From contig OZ024741.1 of the NCBI GenBank assembly GCA_964016885.1, forward strand, positions 319,920,001-319,984,000: DNA of 64,000 bases. Direction: 5' to 3'. The stretch comes from Eledone cirrhosa. Lineage: Eukaryota. The notes beneath the pieces are model-generated. The model ran no database searches and was not told the DNA's origin. It saw nothing but the letters and a program-made list of their open reading frames with translations. Of this stretch, positions 1 to 10,714 are shown one piece after another; the first letter of the stretch is position 1, and each line of letters begins with the position of its first letter. Both the position numbers and the translations under genes were made by a program.

Positions 1-2232
1 GCGTCCGACGACGCTATCGGAGGGCATCGGTCTGCCCCTCCACGTGCCGAGTTGCAAACCGATCGACTTGTCCCGGTTCAGCTTAGCCCCTGTGAACTTT
101 TCGTACTCCTCCAGTAAGGTGCCGACCGCCTCGATTTCGGAGGCCGTCGACACCATTACTGTCACGTCATCGGCGTAGGCCGACACCGCTTTCCGCAATC
201 CCGGTTCCAAAGGGATGCCCTGCAACAACTCCAACTTCCGCAGTAGTGGCTCGAGAGTCAATACATACAGAAGGGAGGAGAGAGGGCACCCTTGTCGGAT
301 GGACCGCGCGATTTTGAACGGCTCCGAGAGGTAGCCGTTCACCTTGACCCTAGAGCAGATGCGGCTGCTGTGCATAGCAGTGATCCAGCCCCTGAAAACG
401 GGTCCGAAGCCTGCCGCCGCTAGCACCGCATCCAGGTAACCATGGTCGACCCTATCGAACGCCTTAGATTGATCCAAGTTGATCAGAGCCCCACCAAAGC
501 CGGGTTCGTTCCCAACCCTCTCTATGATGTATCGCATGAGGTGGAGGTTGTCATGGATGGACCTGGACGGGATAGCGCATGTCTGCGCATCTCCCACCAG
601 GTTGCCCACGACAAGCGCCAACCTCTTTGCTAGCACCTTGGCCAAAATCTGTAACTCTGTATTTAGCAGTGTTATGGGCCTGAAGTTACTTATTTCGTCC
701 CCCTTGTTCTCGTCCTTCCTCACTAGCGTGACTACGCCCTTGGTCACAGTACAGGGAATTCTCCCGTTCTGTTGCCAGTTGCAGTAGACCGCCTCGAGGA
801 GATCGGGGAACAAGTCCGGCATAGCTAGATATAATTCGTAAGGAAGACCATCGAGACCCGGGGATTTGCGTTTGCCGCATTGGCTCAGCACGTCCTCTAT
901 CTCAGCGGCCGAAATCGGCTCCTCGCAGGACTTCGCCTCCCTGTCCGAGAGGCGCGGCAGGCCGTCGAGGTATGGACCGAAGTCCACGTTCCCAACCGGC
1001 TCCCCGCCCCTCCCGAACAGTCGGGCAAAGTGCCTTTGAAAGGCCTCACACATCTGCTTAGGCTCAAGAATCGCCCGTCCATCCAGGTCTCGCAAAGACC
1101 GGATGGTGGATTTAGTTCCACTGTTGGCCTCTGTCACGCGGGCCCAGCTAACAGCTTTGGTCCCCTCGTTCCCTAGAGCACGTATTTTACTTCGGACAAC
1201 GCAGCCTTCGTGCTTCGCGTCGAAAAACTGGCTCAAAGCCGTTCTCGACGCTAGCACTCTGGCCACGTCGCCGCTTCTAATTGCCTCTTCTACTCTATCT
1301 ATTAGCTCCCTTTCCTTCCTATTCCTATCCGCAGCTAGAACCTTACTAAATTCTATCGAGACTACTCTAATCTCTCTCTTTAGAGATACCCACCACCTGC
1401 TGTTGACGATCGCTCCAGTCAACCGTTCCTTAACTAACGTACTAATCCGATTCCTGTAGGCTCTACTTGCCGGCAAGGACAAGTTGAGCTTCCAGTAACC
1501 GGGGCCCTGTCTATGAGTTCTGTCAAGGTTGACCATGCAGGTCACTAATTTGTGGTCTGAATAGCCAACAATGCGCATTTTTGGACAACTTAAAAAGTCC
1601 TTATCCTTAATTCTAACTAAGAACCTATCTAGGTACGACCTAGATGATCCGCTACGATTTGCCCAAGTCCAGGTTGGCGCAGTCGGAAAATCTAGTCGAT
1701 ATCTATCGGCCAGGTCAAATCGACCGATTAACCCTTTGAGGCTATTACACCCCTCTCTATCGGGGCAGGCCCCTACGTAGTCCCAGCGTGCATCTAGGAT
1801 ACCATTCCAGTCCCCCACTAATAGCAAGGAGCGGGACGTCCCTAGAAAAGTCTCCAGACGATGGAAGAAGTCCGGCCGCATTGACCCGAAAGGGCCGTAG
1901 GCGGCTACCAACCTAAACGCTCCGCCTTTACCACTGCCAAGGTCCAGAACCACTAGTCGACCCTCCGGGTCCAAATGTACCATCTGTGTTGCGAGACCCA
2001 GATGTTTTTGCAGCAGAACGACAACTCCACCCCCACCTCCAGGCTGACAGAGAGATGCGTGCATCTCAAAGTCATCAAAGGTGGGGGCCAGCTGTCGCAC
2101 GTTGCTGATCCGGGCCTCGCAAATAACCATCACATCTATACGTTGTGACCTGAGGTCATTTAGAAGCATTGCTTGCTTCCAAGTTGAGCCCAGGCCACGC
2201 GCATTTAAACAGCCTACTCTTAGCATAGCCAT
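1..2232 (-). CDS. Tx1 ORF2p (APE endonuclease + reverse transcriptase), 5' part; absent from the ORF track because it has no stop inside the window
   Basis: Hand translation from ATG 2232 gives MAMLRVGCLNARGLG...IDVMVICEAR (APE start). It then follows the same frame as 4314-7502 through GDWN, YLDRFL, SDHK, RQGCPLS and YADD, with GAG at 939-937 where copy 2 has TAG. Confidence 0.9.
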   Translation of the reverse strand, partial: MAMLRVGCLNARGLGSTWKQAMLLNDLRSQRIDVMVICEARISNVRQLAPTFDDFEMHASLCQPGGGGGVVVLLQKHLGLATQMVHLDPEGRLVVLDLGSGKGGAFRLVAAYGPFGSMRPDFFHRLETFLGTSRSLLLVGDWNGILDARWDYVGACPDREGCNSLKGLIGRFDLADRYRLDFPTAPTWTWANRSGSSRSYLDRFLVRIKDKDFLSCPKMRIVGYSDHKLVTCMVNLDRTHRQGPGYWKLNLSLPASRAYRNRISTLVKERLTGAIVNSRWWVSLKREIRVVSIEFSKVLAADRNRKERELIDRVEEAIRSGDVARVLASRTALSQFFDAKHEGCVVRSKIRALGNEGTKAVSWARVTEANSGTKSTIRSLRDLDGRAILEPKQMCEAFQRHFARLFGRGGEPVGNVDFGPYLDGLPRLSDREAKSCEEPISAAEIEDVLSQCGKRKSPGLDGLPYELYLAMPDLFPDLLEAVYCNWQQNGRIPCTVTKGVVTLVRKDENKGDEISNFRPITLLNTELQILAKVLAKRLALVVGNLVGDAQTCAIPSRSIHDNLHLMRYIIERVGNEPGFGGALINLDQSKAFDRVDHGYLDAVLAAAGFGPVFRGWITAMHSSRICSRVKVNGYLSEPFKIARSIRQGCPLSSLLYVLTLEPLLRKLELLQGIPLEPGLRKAVSAYADDVTVMVSTASEIEAVGTLLEEYEKFTGAKLNRDKSIGLQLGTWRGRPMPSDSVVGR

Positions 2233-2256
2233 GTTGGTGGTGAAGAGAAAAGGCAC

Positions 2257-4038
2257 TTACCTCTCTGCGTCCCGGGTATCGGGCTGCACAATTTCCATTA
2301 GGGTGGGGGATGGGTTGTTGGGTGGGGTGGTGGTTTGTGGAAGTGTGGGGGCATCAGTGTGTTGTGTGGTTGGGGAGCTTGGAGTTGTGAGGGTGTTTGG
2401 GGAGGGGGTGGGATAGTTTTTTAGGAGGACTCGGTTAATGGGCCCGACGCAGGGGGGACCCACGTCCTCTTTAAAATTGTTTTTTAAAGTTTTATAGGTG
2501 TCCTGTGGGGCCTTAATCATTTTGAGGTGGGGGAAATCCCCTGCCTGGGTGAAGTTAGGCCCTTGTGTTTTTATTAGATTGTTGTTGTACACAATGTTTA
2601 ACAGTTTTTTGTTTCTTGTATTTATGTATGTGTATGCATGTTTTTGTTTTTGTGTGGTGTTTTTTGTTTGCTGTTGTGAGCTCTTTTGTGTTGGTGTCAG
2701 TGTTATGTTTTGGGGAGGGGTTTTTTTCATTTGTGTGTCTGAGGTGTGTTTTCTTTTTTTTCTTTTGATTGTGTGGAAGTGCTCCTCCTCGTCTGACGAC
2801 GAACTAGGGTCATCTTCCGCGTTGGAGGGGAGGGGTATATTTTCGGGTTGTGTTTGCGGTACGGGTGTTTTGGAAATTGTTTTTGTTTTTTGAGTGGAGG
2901 GGATGGGTTGGACATTGTTTTGTTTTGGTTTGAGCTGTGGTGGTTGTTTTTGTAGTGGTTGTTGTGGTGATTGTGTTGGTTGTGCAGTTGTTGGTGGTGT
3001 GGGCAGGATTGGGGTTTTCTTATTAAGTTGGGGACAGACAGCCCTCAGGTGACCTCTGGTTCCGCAGAGGTAACACGAGGGCCGTCTACCCTCAACGGTA
3101 ATGTTGATGAAGGTTAGATCATCCAGTATGACGCGTTCAGGGATCTGGGCGATCCTTTCGGGCCTCATTTGAACTACAAGTTCGAGGCTCGTTCCACTGA
3201 ACGCGTCACCCGATGCCTTTCCCATGGACACCAGCATGTCATCCTCCAGGTCCAGAAAACCTGTCAAAACCCACCATATGTCCATAATCGGCAGGATGGT
3301 GTGGATTTTTATTTTTTGTGTTCTTCTACCCATGTACGTAGGGTAGAAGGTGTATGCGGTGGATGTGATTGGTTTGATGGACAGTTTCACTGCTGTGTCC
3401 CTGTCCTTCATGAGAATGGATAGACTCCCGTAGAGTCTATCCTTCTGAATGAAGGTGATGTCCTTCATGACGTCTTTTAAAACCAGCTCTATCTCGCTCT
3501 GTGATGGTTGAGCTGGTTTTTTACTTTTGTTCGAGATTGTCCTAAACATGACCGTGTTTAGGAGTCTCTGGCTTTTTAGTTCCGGGGGGGAATGGATTGT
3601 GAATGAACCATTTTCCCCGTACACTATATATTTTTTCGCATCCGCCAGTAGCTCCTTCGCTTTTGTTATATCTACTGGCAGATAGTCGAGGGTTTTCCTT
3701 GTCGTCTCGGCGAAGGAGAAATTTTGTTTGTTTGTGTTGTTGTTGTCGTTGGTGGTGTTGTTGTTATCATTGTTGTTGTTGTCACCGTTATTGGTCTTGT
3801 TGTTGTTATTGTTATTGTTATTGGTGTTGTTTTCTACCGTCGCATTGTTGTTGTTGTTGCTGTTGGTTCTTTGGGTTGTTGCCATGGTAACGTCAAGTTG
3901 TCGGTTAACAGGTGGAGAGAATTCTTCCTCTGGCTGACCTATCTTCTTGACCTCTGCTACTGTGACAGTGGCAGGGGGAAGCTGTAAGTTCATCTTCCCC
4001 TTTCCTCCTTCGAATTTTGGTGAAGAAGCTTCGGCCAT
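2257..4038 (-). CDS. Tx1-type ORF1p (gag-like nucleic-acid-binding protein, 593 aa)
   Basis: Open 593-aa frame with a CX2CX4HX4C knuckle (CYLCGTRGHLRAVC), an Asn-rich N-terminus and a Pro/Gln/Lys-rich C-terminus; lies immediately upstream of ORF2. Confidence 0.9.
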   Translation of the reverse strand: MAEASSPKFEGGKGKMNLQLPPATVTVAEVKKIGQPEEEFSPPVNRQLDVTMATTQRTNSNNNNNATVENNTNNNNNNNNKTNNGDNNNNDNNNTTNDNNNTNKQNFSFAETTRKTLDYLPVDITKAKELLADAKKYIVYGENGSFTIHSPPELKSQRLLNTVMFRTISNKSKKPAQPSQSEIELVLKDVMKDITFIQKDRLYGSLSILMKDRDTAVKLSIKPITSTAYTFYPTYMGRRTQKIKIHTILPIMDIWWVLTGFLDLEDDMLVSMGKASGDAFSGTSLELVVQMRPERIAQIPERVILDDLTFINITVEGRRPSCYLCGTRGHLRAVCPQLNKKTPILPTPPTTAQPTQSPQQPLQKQPPQLKPKQNNVQPIPSTQKTKTISKTPVPQTQPENIPLPSNAEDDPSSSSDEEEHFHTIKRKKRKHTSDTQMKKTPPQNITLTPTQKSSQQQTKNTTQKQKHAYTYINTRNKKLLNIVYNNNLIKTQGPNFTQAGDFPHLKMIKAPQDTYKTLKNNFKEDVGPPCVGPINRVLLKNYPTPSPNTLTTPSSPTTQHTDAPTLPQTTTPPNNPSPTLMEIVQPDTRDAER

Positions 4039-4247
4039 TTAAAAAAATATTGACTTTTCAACAAGAAAAAACTTTTTTTTTAACTATTTCGCCTAAAGGC
4101 GTAGAATATTTTGAGAGACTGACCAGATCAAAGTTTGACCTGGCAGTCCCTCTACAAAATGGTACAAAAATTAAAGTTATCAGACAAGAATTTCTATAGA
4201 AATTTAAACAGAACTTACTCAGCAAGTTATACGCGTGTGTCCATCCC

Positions 4248-4296
<49 letters not shown>
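4248..4296. repeat. (GATA)n microsatellite separating the two Tx1 copies
   Basis: About 12 perfect AGAT units. Confidence 0.97.
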
Positions 4297-4297
<1 letters not shown>

Positions 4298-4299
4298 AT

Positions 4300-7200
4300 G
4301 TCTCGCAACACAGATGGTACATTTGGACCCGGAGGGTCGACTAGTGGTTCTGGACCTTGGCAGTGGTAAAGGCGGAGCGTTTAGGTTGGTAGCCGCCTAC
4401 GGCCCTTTCGGGTCAATGCGGCCGGACTTCTTCCATCGTCTGGAGACTTTTCTAGGGACGTCCCGCTCCTTGCTATTAGTGGGGGACTGGAATGGTATCC
4501 TAGATGCACGCTGGGACTACGTAGGGGCCTGCCCCGATAGAGAGGGGTGTAATAGCCTCAAAGGGTTAATCGGTCGATTTGACCTGGCCGATAGATATCG
4601 ACTAGATTTTCCGACTGCGCCAACCTGGACTTGGGCAAATCGTAGCGGATCATCTAGGTCGTACCTAGATAGGTTCTTAGTTAGAATTAAGGATAAGGAC
4701 TTTTTAAGTTGTCCAAAAATGCGCATGGTTGGCTATTCAGACCACAAATTAGTGACCTGCATGGTCAACCTTGACAGAACTCATAGACAGGGCCCCGGTT
4801 ACTGGAAGCTCAACTTGTCCTTGCCGGCAAGTAGAGCCTACAGGATTCGGATTAGTACGTTAGTTAAGGAACGGTTGACTGGAGCGATCGTCAACAGCAG
4901 GTGGTGGGTATCTCTAAAGAGAGAGATTAGAGTAGTCTCGATAGAATTTAGTAAGGTTCTAGCTGCGGATAGGAATAGGAAGGAAAGGGAGCTAATAGAT
5001 AGAGTAGAAGAGGCAATTAGAAGCGGCGACGTGGCCAGAGTGCTAGCGTCGAGAACGGCTTTGAGCCAGTTTTTCGACGCGAAGCACGAAGGCTGCGTTG
5101 TCCGAAGTAAAATACGTGCTCTAGGGAACGAGGGGACCAAAGCTGTTAGCTGGGCCCGCGTGACAGAGGCCAACAGTGGAACTAAATCCACCATCCGGTC
5201 TTTGCGAGACCTGGATGGACGGGCGATTCTTGAGCCTAAGCAGATGTGTGAGGCCTTTCAAAGGCACTTCGCCCGACTGTTCGGGAGGGGCGGGGAGCCG
5301 GTTGGGAACGTGGACTTCGGTCCATACCTCGACGGCCTGCCGCGCCTCTCGGACAGGTAGGCGAAGTCCTGCGAGGAGCCGATTTCGGCCGCTGAGATAG
5401 AGGACGTGCTGAGCCAATGCGGCAAACGCAAATCCCCGGGTCTCGATGGTCTTCCTTACGAATTATATCTAGCTATGCCGGACTTGTTCCCCGATCTCCT
5501 CGAGGCGGTCTACTGCAACTGGCAACAGAACGGGAGAATTCCCTGTACTGTGACCAAGGGCGTAGTCACGCTAGTGAGGAAGGACGAGAACAAGGGGGAC
5601 GAAATAAGTAACTTCAGGCCCATAACACTGCTAAATACAGAGTTACAGATTTTGGCCAAGGTGCTAGCAAAGAGGTTGGCGCTTGTCGTGGGCAACCTGG
5701 TGGGAGATGCGCAGACATGCGCTATCCCGTCCAGGTCCATCCATGACAACCTCCACCTCATGCGATACATCATAGAGAGGGTTGGGAACGAACCCGGCTT
5801 TGGTGGGGCTCTGATCAACTTGGATCAATCTAAGGCGTTCGATAGGGTCGACCATGGTTACCTGGATGCGGTGCTAGCGGCGGCAGGCTTCGGACCCGTT
5901 TTCAGGGGCTGGATCACTGCTATGCACAGCAGCCGCATCTGCTCTAGGGTCAAGGTGAACGGCTACCTCTCGGAGCCGTTCAAAATCGCGCGGTCCATCC
6001 GACAAGGGTGCCCTCTCTCCTCCCTTCTGTATGTGTTGACTCTCGAGCCACTACTGCGGAAGTTGGAGTTGTTGCAGGGCATCCCTTTGGAACCGGGATT
6101 GCGGAAAGCGGTGTCGGCCTACGCCGATGACGTGACAGTAATGGTGTCGACGGCCTCCGAAATCGAGGCGGTCGGCACCTTACTGGAGGAGTACGAAAAG
6201 TTCACAGGGGCTAAGCTGAACCGGGACAAGTCGATCGGTTTGCAACTCGGCACGTGGAGGGGCAGACCGATGCCCTCCGATAGCGTCGTCGGACGCTGGA
6301 CGGAGGGCCCGGTGAAGTTGCTCGGGGTCTGGTTCGGACCGGACCTCCAGGTGGAGAAAAACTGGGCGGAGGTTACGAACAGGGTGTTTGCACTGACCCA
6401 GAAGTGGGCCAGTTGCAAACTATCCCTGAAAGGTCGGGCGGAGGTGGCGAACACCTACATAGCGTCCGTCATCTACTACCGCCTGACCGTAGTGCCCTGC
6501 CCAAGGGAAACCCTCACCAAGATGGAGCGCGCGCTCTTCCAATTCCTTTGGAAGAGGCGGGCTCCTATGGTGAGGAGATCCATCTGCTGTCAACACCCTT
6601 CGAAAGGAGGGCTGGGGATGCCGTGGCTAATGATGCGTAAACACGCATTAAGGCTACGGCACCTCTACGTATTCCTCACCGGACAACCGGTGTGGGCCTC
6701 GTTTGTGAGACGAACCTTTCCCAGACTCGTCTCACTCACCGAGCTGCAATCCTGGGTCAAGCAAAGACCGAGAAAACTGGGCGCCTGGCACACTGAGTGT
6801 GCCCAGGCGCTCACCGCCCTCTGGCAGGCGGATCCGGTTGTCAGTGGAGACTCCACCGCAACATTCTATAGAGGGCTGGTACGCAGCAGGTGCGACGACG
6901 CCCTCGGAGAAGCCCTAGACATGGAGGAGGACGAACTGGCCAGCCTGTTCGGTAGGACATTCAGCCCGGGACCTATGGACAACTTCCAGAAGTCCCTGGC
7001 CTGGCAGTGCTACCGAGGGGCTTTACCCGTTCGAGAAAGGCTCTACAGACACGGGCGCCCGGGTAGGGACCCCGCCAAAAAGATCTGTCCCAGATGCGTG
7101 TGCGACGAGGAAACCGTTGCACACGCATTAGTACACTGCTCGGGCGTAGCCGATCTGTGGGGCTATGTCGAACAACTGCTGTCAAGGGTGGGACCGATCC

Positions 7201-7766
7201 GGTTGACCACCGAGTCTATTGTAATGATCAAGCCGCCTCCCCCCTTCAAAGATGAAGCAGAGGCGGTGTTTCTGTGCGTAATAGCCATGGCGAAAGAGGT
7301 TGTATGGTGGACGCGTCTGAAAGGACTGAGGTCGGGCACCTTTCTCTCTGGCCAACAACTGGTCCGTTTCTTCCGATATCATTTCGGAAGAAGGATCAGG
7401 ATGGAGAGAGAGGTGCTGCACCCCAGCCGTTTCTATGAAAGATGGGTGAAAGTGGCGAGAATGGCCCGTGTGAATGGGCCTTCACTCTACATCAGACTAT
7501 AGGTGAGGAAGATGAAAGACCAAGGGAGCACCCCTTCTCTGTGCTCCTGGGGAGAAGGGTTGCACACTTTTTTCGGGGGTGTGTGCGACCCCCCAAGGCG
7601 CCTCCTCTCTATTGAGGATTTTGTTAAACATTTTATTTTTTGTTATATCTTATTTTATTTTTATATTTTGTTATTGCCTCCTCCTTATTGAGGACGCCTT
7701 TTTGTGTAAACTCCCCCCTTTGTACTTGTCCCACTTTTGATGCCCTAGTGGCAAATAAAAGAAACT
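4300..7766 (+). mobile_element. Tx1/L1-clade retrotransposon, copy 2 (5'-truncated inside the endonuclease, intact 3' end)
   Basis: 4301-6296 is the reverse complement of 1-1996. The 3' UTR has AATAAA at 7754-7759 followed by (TATC)n. Confidence 0.93.
4314..7502 (+). pseudogene. Tx1 ORF2 (APE C-half, RT, C-terminal Cys/His motif) interrupted by one nonsense codon at 5358-5360
   Basis: ORFs 4314-5360 and 5406-7502 are in the same frame. Motifs: GDWN, SDHK, KSPGLDG, FRPITLLN, LDQSKAFDRV, RQGCPLS, YADD, CPRC..ETVAHALVHC. Confidence 0.92.
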
Positions 7767-7807
7767 TATCTATCTATCTATCTATATATCTATCTATCTA
7801 TATATCT

Positions 7808-8097
7808 AGTGGCGAGAATGTCCCGAGTGAATGGGCCTTCTCTCTATATCAGCCTGTAGGTTGAGGAAAAAGAGGAAGAGAGGAAAGAGGTGCAAACTCT
7901 TCGTACTCCTGGAGATGAGGGTTGCACATTTTTTTACGGGTATGTGTTACCCATATGAACTGTCTCGCCCTATTGGGGAAAATCGATTAACTTTTAATTT
8001 CCAATTGTGATAATATTTTACACGTTTTTATTGTATGTAAACTTCCCCCTTTGTAATTGTCCTCTTCTTTTGTGCCCCTGTGGCTGATAAAGAAACA
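7808..8097 (+). mobile_element. Diverged 3'-terminal fragment of a related Tx1 element
   Basis: Similar to 7451-7766 (agtggcgagaatg...gtgaatgggcc...ataaagaaac); flanked by TATC repeats on both sides. Confidence 0.85.
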
Positions 8098-8193
<96 letters not shown>

Positions 8194-8200
8194 CATCTAC
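8098..8200. repeat. (TATC)n microsatellite
   Basis: Direct reading of the sequence. Confidence 0.97.
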
Positions 8201-8519
8201 CTACCCACCTGTCAATATTTATGTCTATATATCCCCCTATCTATATAATCACCCTATCTATTGAAATTCAGAAAAATACGTCACAGTTGAAACACCAATG
8301 GCTGATTTCAGTTAACGATTCAGTAAAATCTGTGATACGATAAGTGTTGAAAATAGTTTTAATTAAGAATAAGTAGAAAATCTTGTTTAATTAATAATAT
8401 ATCGATTTCGCGTATTTTTCTTGTTTTTTTTTCTTGTCTTTTCTGATCTTTCTTTTTGTCAAAACTAATAGAAAACTAATGAACCTTTCATAGTTTGCGA
8501 TTGAGATGCTGGGAAATTA

Positions 8520-9290
8520 GTATTGGTGGTGGAGGTGGTGGTGGTGATAGTGGTGGTGGTGGTGGTGGTGGTGGTGGCGTTGATGGTGGTGGCGGTGGTG
8601 GTGGTGGTGGTAAGGGTGATGAGGCTGGTTGTGGTGTTGGTGGTATTGGTGGTGGTGTTAGTTGTGGTATGGTAGTAGCAAGGGTGATGAAGCGGGCTGT
8701 GGTGGCGATGGTGTAGGTGGTAGTGTTAGTTGTGGTGGAGGCGGTGGTGGTGGTGAGGGGGGATGAAGTCAGTTGTGGTGGCGATGGTGTAGGTGGTAGT
8801 GTTTGTGGTGTTTGTGTTGGTGGTATTGGTGGTGGTTTTAGTTGTGGTGGAGGTGGTAATCGTGGTAGTGGTGGTGGTGGTGAAGGAGGAAGTGTCACTG
8901 AGTGTTGTGTCCATGTTTGCGATAGTATTGGTGTTGGTGTTAATGTTGGTGATGGTGTTGGTGGTGGAGGGTGTAGTGAGTGTTGTAGCAATGGTGGTTG
9001 TGTTGTTCGAAGTGGCGGTTGTAGTATTGAGGGTGGGAGTGGTGTTGGTATTGGTGGTGATAGCGAAGTCGTAGTGTTGATGATGGTGATGTGGGTGTAG
9101 TGATATTGGTGTTTATTCAGTAACGTACCGTATTGTTGATGTGTTGATAGAAGTGATGGCGAGGTTGTTGTGTTGCTGGTGAGCGGATATTGTTCTTATT
9201 GGAGTCTGTGATGCGGTAGTAATAGAAATGTTGTTAGTGTGAAGATGGTGGCTGTGGTGGTGATAATGTATGCACTGGTGGTATGGGTAG
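8520..9290. repeat. Degenerate (GGT)n low-complexity tract
   Basis: GGT/GTT-rich; it accounts for the poly-Pro, poly-Gly and poly-Val ORFs. Confidence 0.9.
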
Positions 9291-9889
9291 GGATTTTGTT
9301 TTTCAAATTGGTTTTAAAAATCGTTTTTTTTTTAATGAGAACGGGGAATGTAAACTCGACGTAGACGTCGACAACAAAAACAATATAAACTACAACAACA
9401 ACAAGCTATAATTGGTAGAAGCTGTAACAACACTACAGGAGCCGTGCCGTTAATATTGACGGCAATAACGTTGAACGTGTTTAATTTCTGAACCAGGAAT
9501 GGTAGCCATATATTCTAGGATTACCGGATAAAGGAATAATCATAGGAACTGGGAAATTTTCGTTTTTATACATGAATGGTTTGTATAACAGAAACTCTAT
9601 AGCTTATGTTGATTCCTGACATTTTGAAGTAATTAAAGATAATTTACTTCTAAGATATAATTACCTAAATGTTCAGCATATATGTAGAAATGAAAGAGGA
9701 TTAAATGTAATAGTAACTTTGGAGAAATAACTATATAAAAGGACGAATATAGTATTACAACCCAGGACCTTGTAATTGGAAAGCGATCTTCCTGTTGTAG
9801 CAACATGAAATGCGTTGTATGTATGTGCGTAAGTGTGTATATGTGTGTGGTGGACATTTTAAAGGATTCCTAGCAGGGATATATATATA

Positions 9890-10551
9890 TAAAGTCACCA
9901 ACACACTTCTTGTCCCCCTCCTCTTTTAATCTTTTCTATATTTCATCTGCCTGTCATCCACCTTGTGGATTTTCTCTCTGTTGACCACTGGCTACTGGTA
10001 TCAGTTCTGTGAGGCAATTTTGCCCATCGCTGTCTTTGACAGCATTTAGCTGTTTTAACGGCTGTTCTAGCGATGAGTTTTCCCATTTTCATATGTATTC
10101 AAATACAACCTCGCTTCGTCTCGATCAGAAACAACATTGTATTTTCATCTAACTTTATCATAGCTTTGACTAGCTTTCAAAGTAGGGCAGACCACAGCTT
10201 GAGGTCTACTATGCCATTATTTTCTTTTCTTTGTTTTCTTTCATCCTTCTATCTGTTCTGGTTGTTTTATCACACACACATCGTTCAGGCAGAACGATTT
10301 ATTTTTTGTTGCATCACTTTAAAATGGTACTCTCAATTAATTTCTTTCTTTCTTCCAGTCACTTCTTTGCACCAACCCACTTCTCCTTGTTCTCTTTTAA
10401 TTTTTTCTATATTTCAACTGCTTGTCACCCACCTAGTGGATTTTCTCTCTGTTGACCACTGGGCGCTGGTATCTGTCCTCTCAGGCACCATTGCCCATCG
10501 CTGTCTTTGATATCATTTAGCTGTTTTAACGGCTATTCTAGCGATGAGTTT

Positions 10552-10629
<78 letters not shown>

Positions 10630-10690
10630 AAACTCATCGCTAGAATAGCCGTTAAAACAGCTAAATGCTATCAAAGACAGCGATGGGCAA
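9890..10690. repeat. (TA)n-associated repeat: diverged direct copies (about 9960-10085 and 10430-10556) plus an inverted terminal copy (10624-10690)
   Basis: ttgcccatcgctgtctttga...tagcgatgagtttt occurs twice, and its reverse complement follows the TA tract. The geometry resembles a Penelope pseudo-LTR. Confidence 0.75.
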
Positions 10691-10714
10691 TATATATATA
10701 TATATATATATATA

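Larger units (their letters stand above)
1..4247 (-). mobile_element. Tx1/L1-clade non-LTR retrotransposon, copy 1 (5' UTR, ORF1, ORF2; continues past the left window edge)
   Basis: ORF1 with a zinc knuckle, then a 24-nt spacer, then an APE-RT ORF2. The 5' end directly abuts (AGAT)n at 4248. Confidence 0.93.

Noticed and set aside
442-1780. Short + strand ORFs and their mirrors at 4517-5855
   Set aside because: Antisense or alternative-frame shadows of Tx1 ORF2.
5358-5360. Possible programmed read-through TAG in ORF2
   Set aside because: The sister copy has GAG at the same position, so this is a simple nonsense mutation or base error.
8488-9100. Pro-rich or Gly-rich ORFs resembling extensin or formin
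   Set aside because: Translation of a degenerate (GGT)n tract that is open in several frames.
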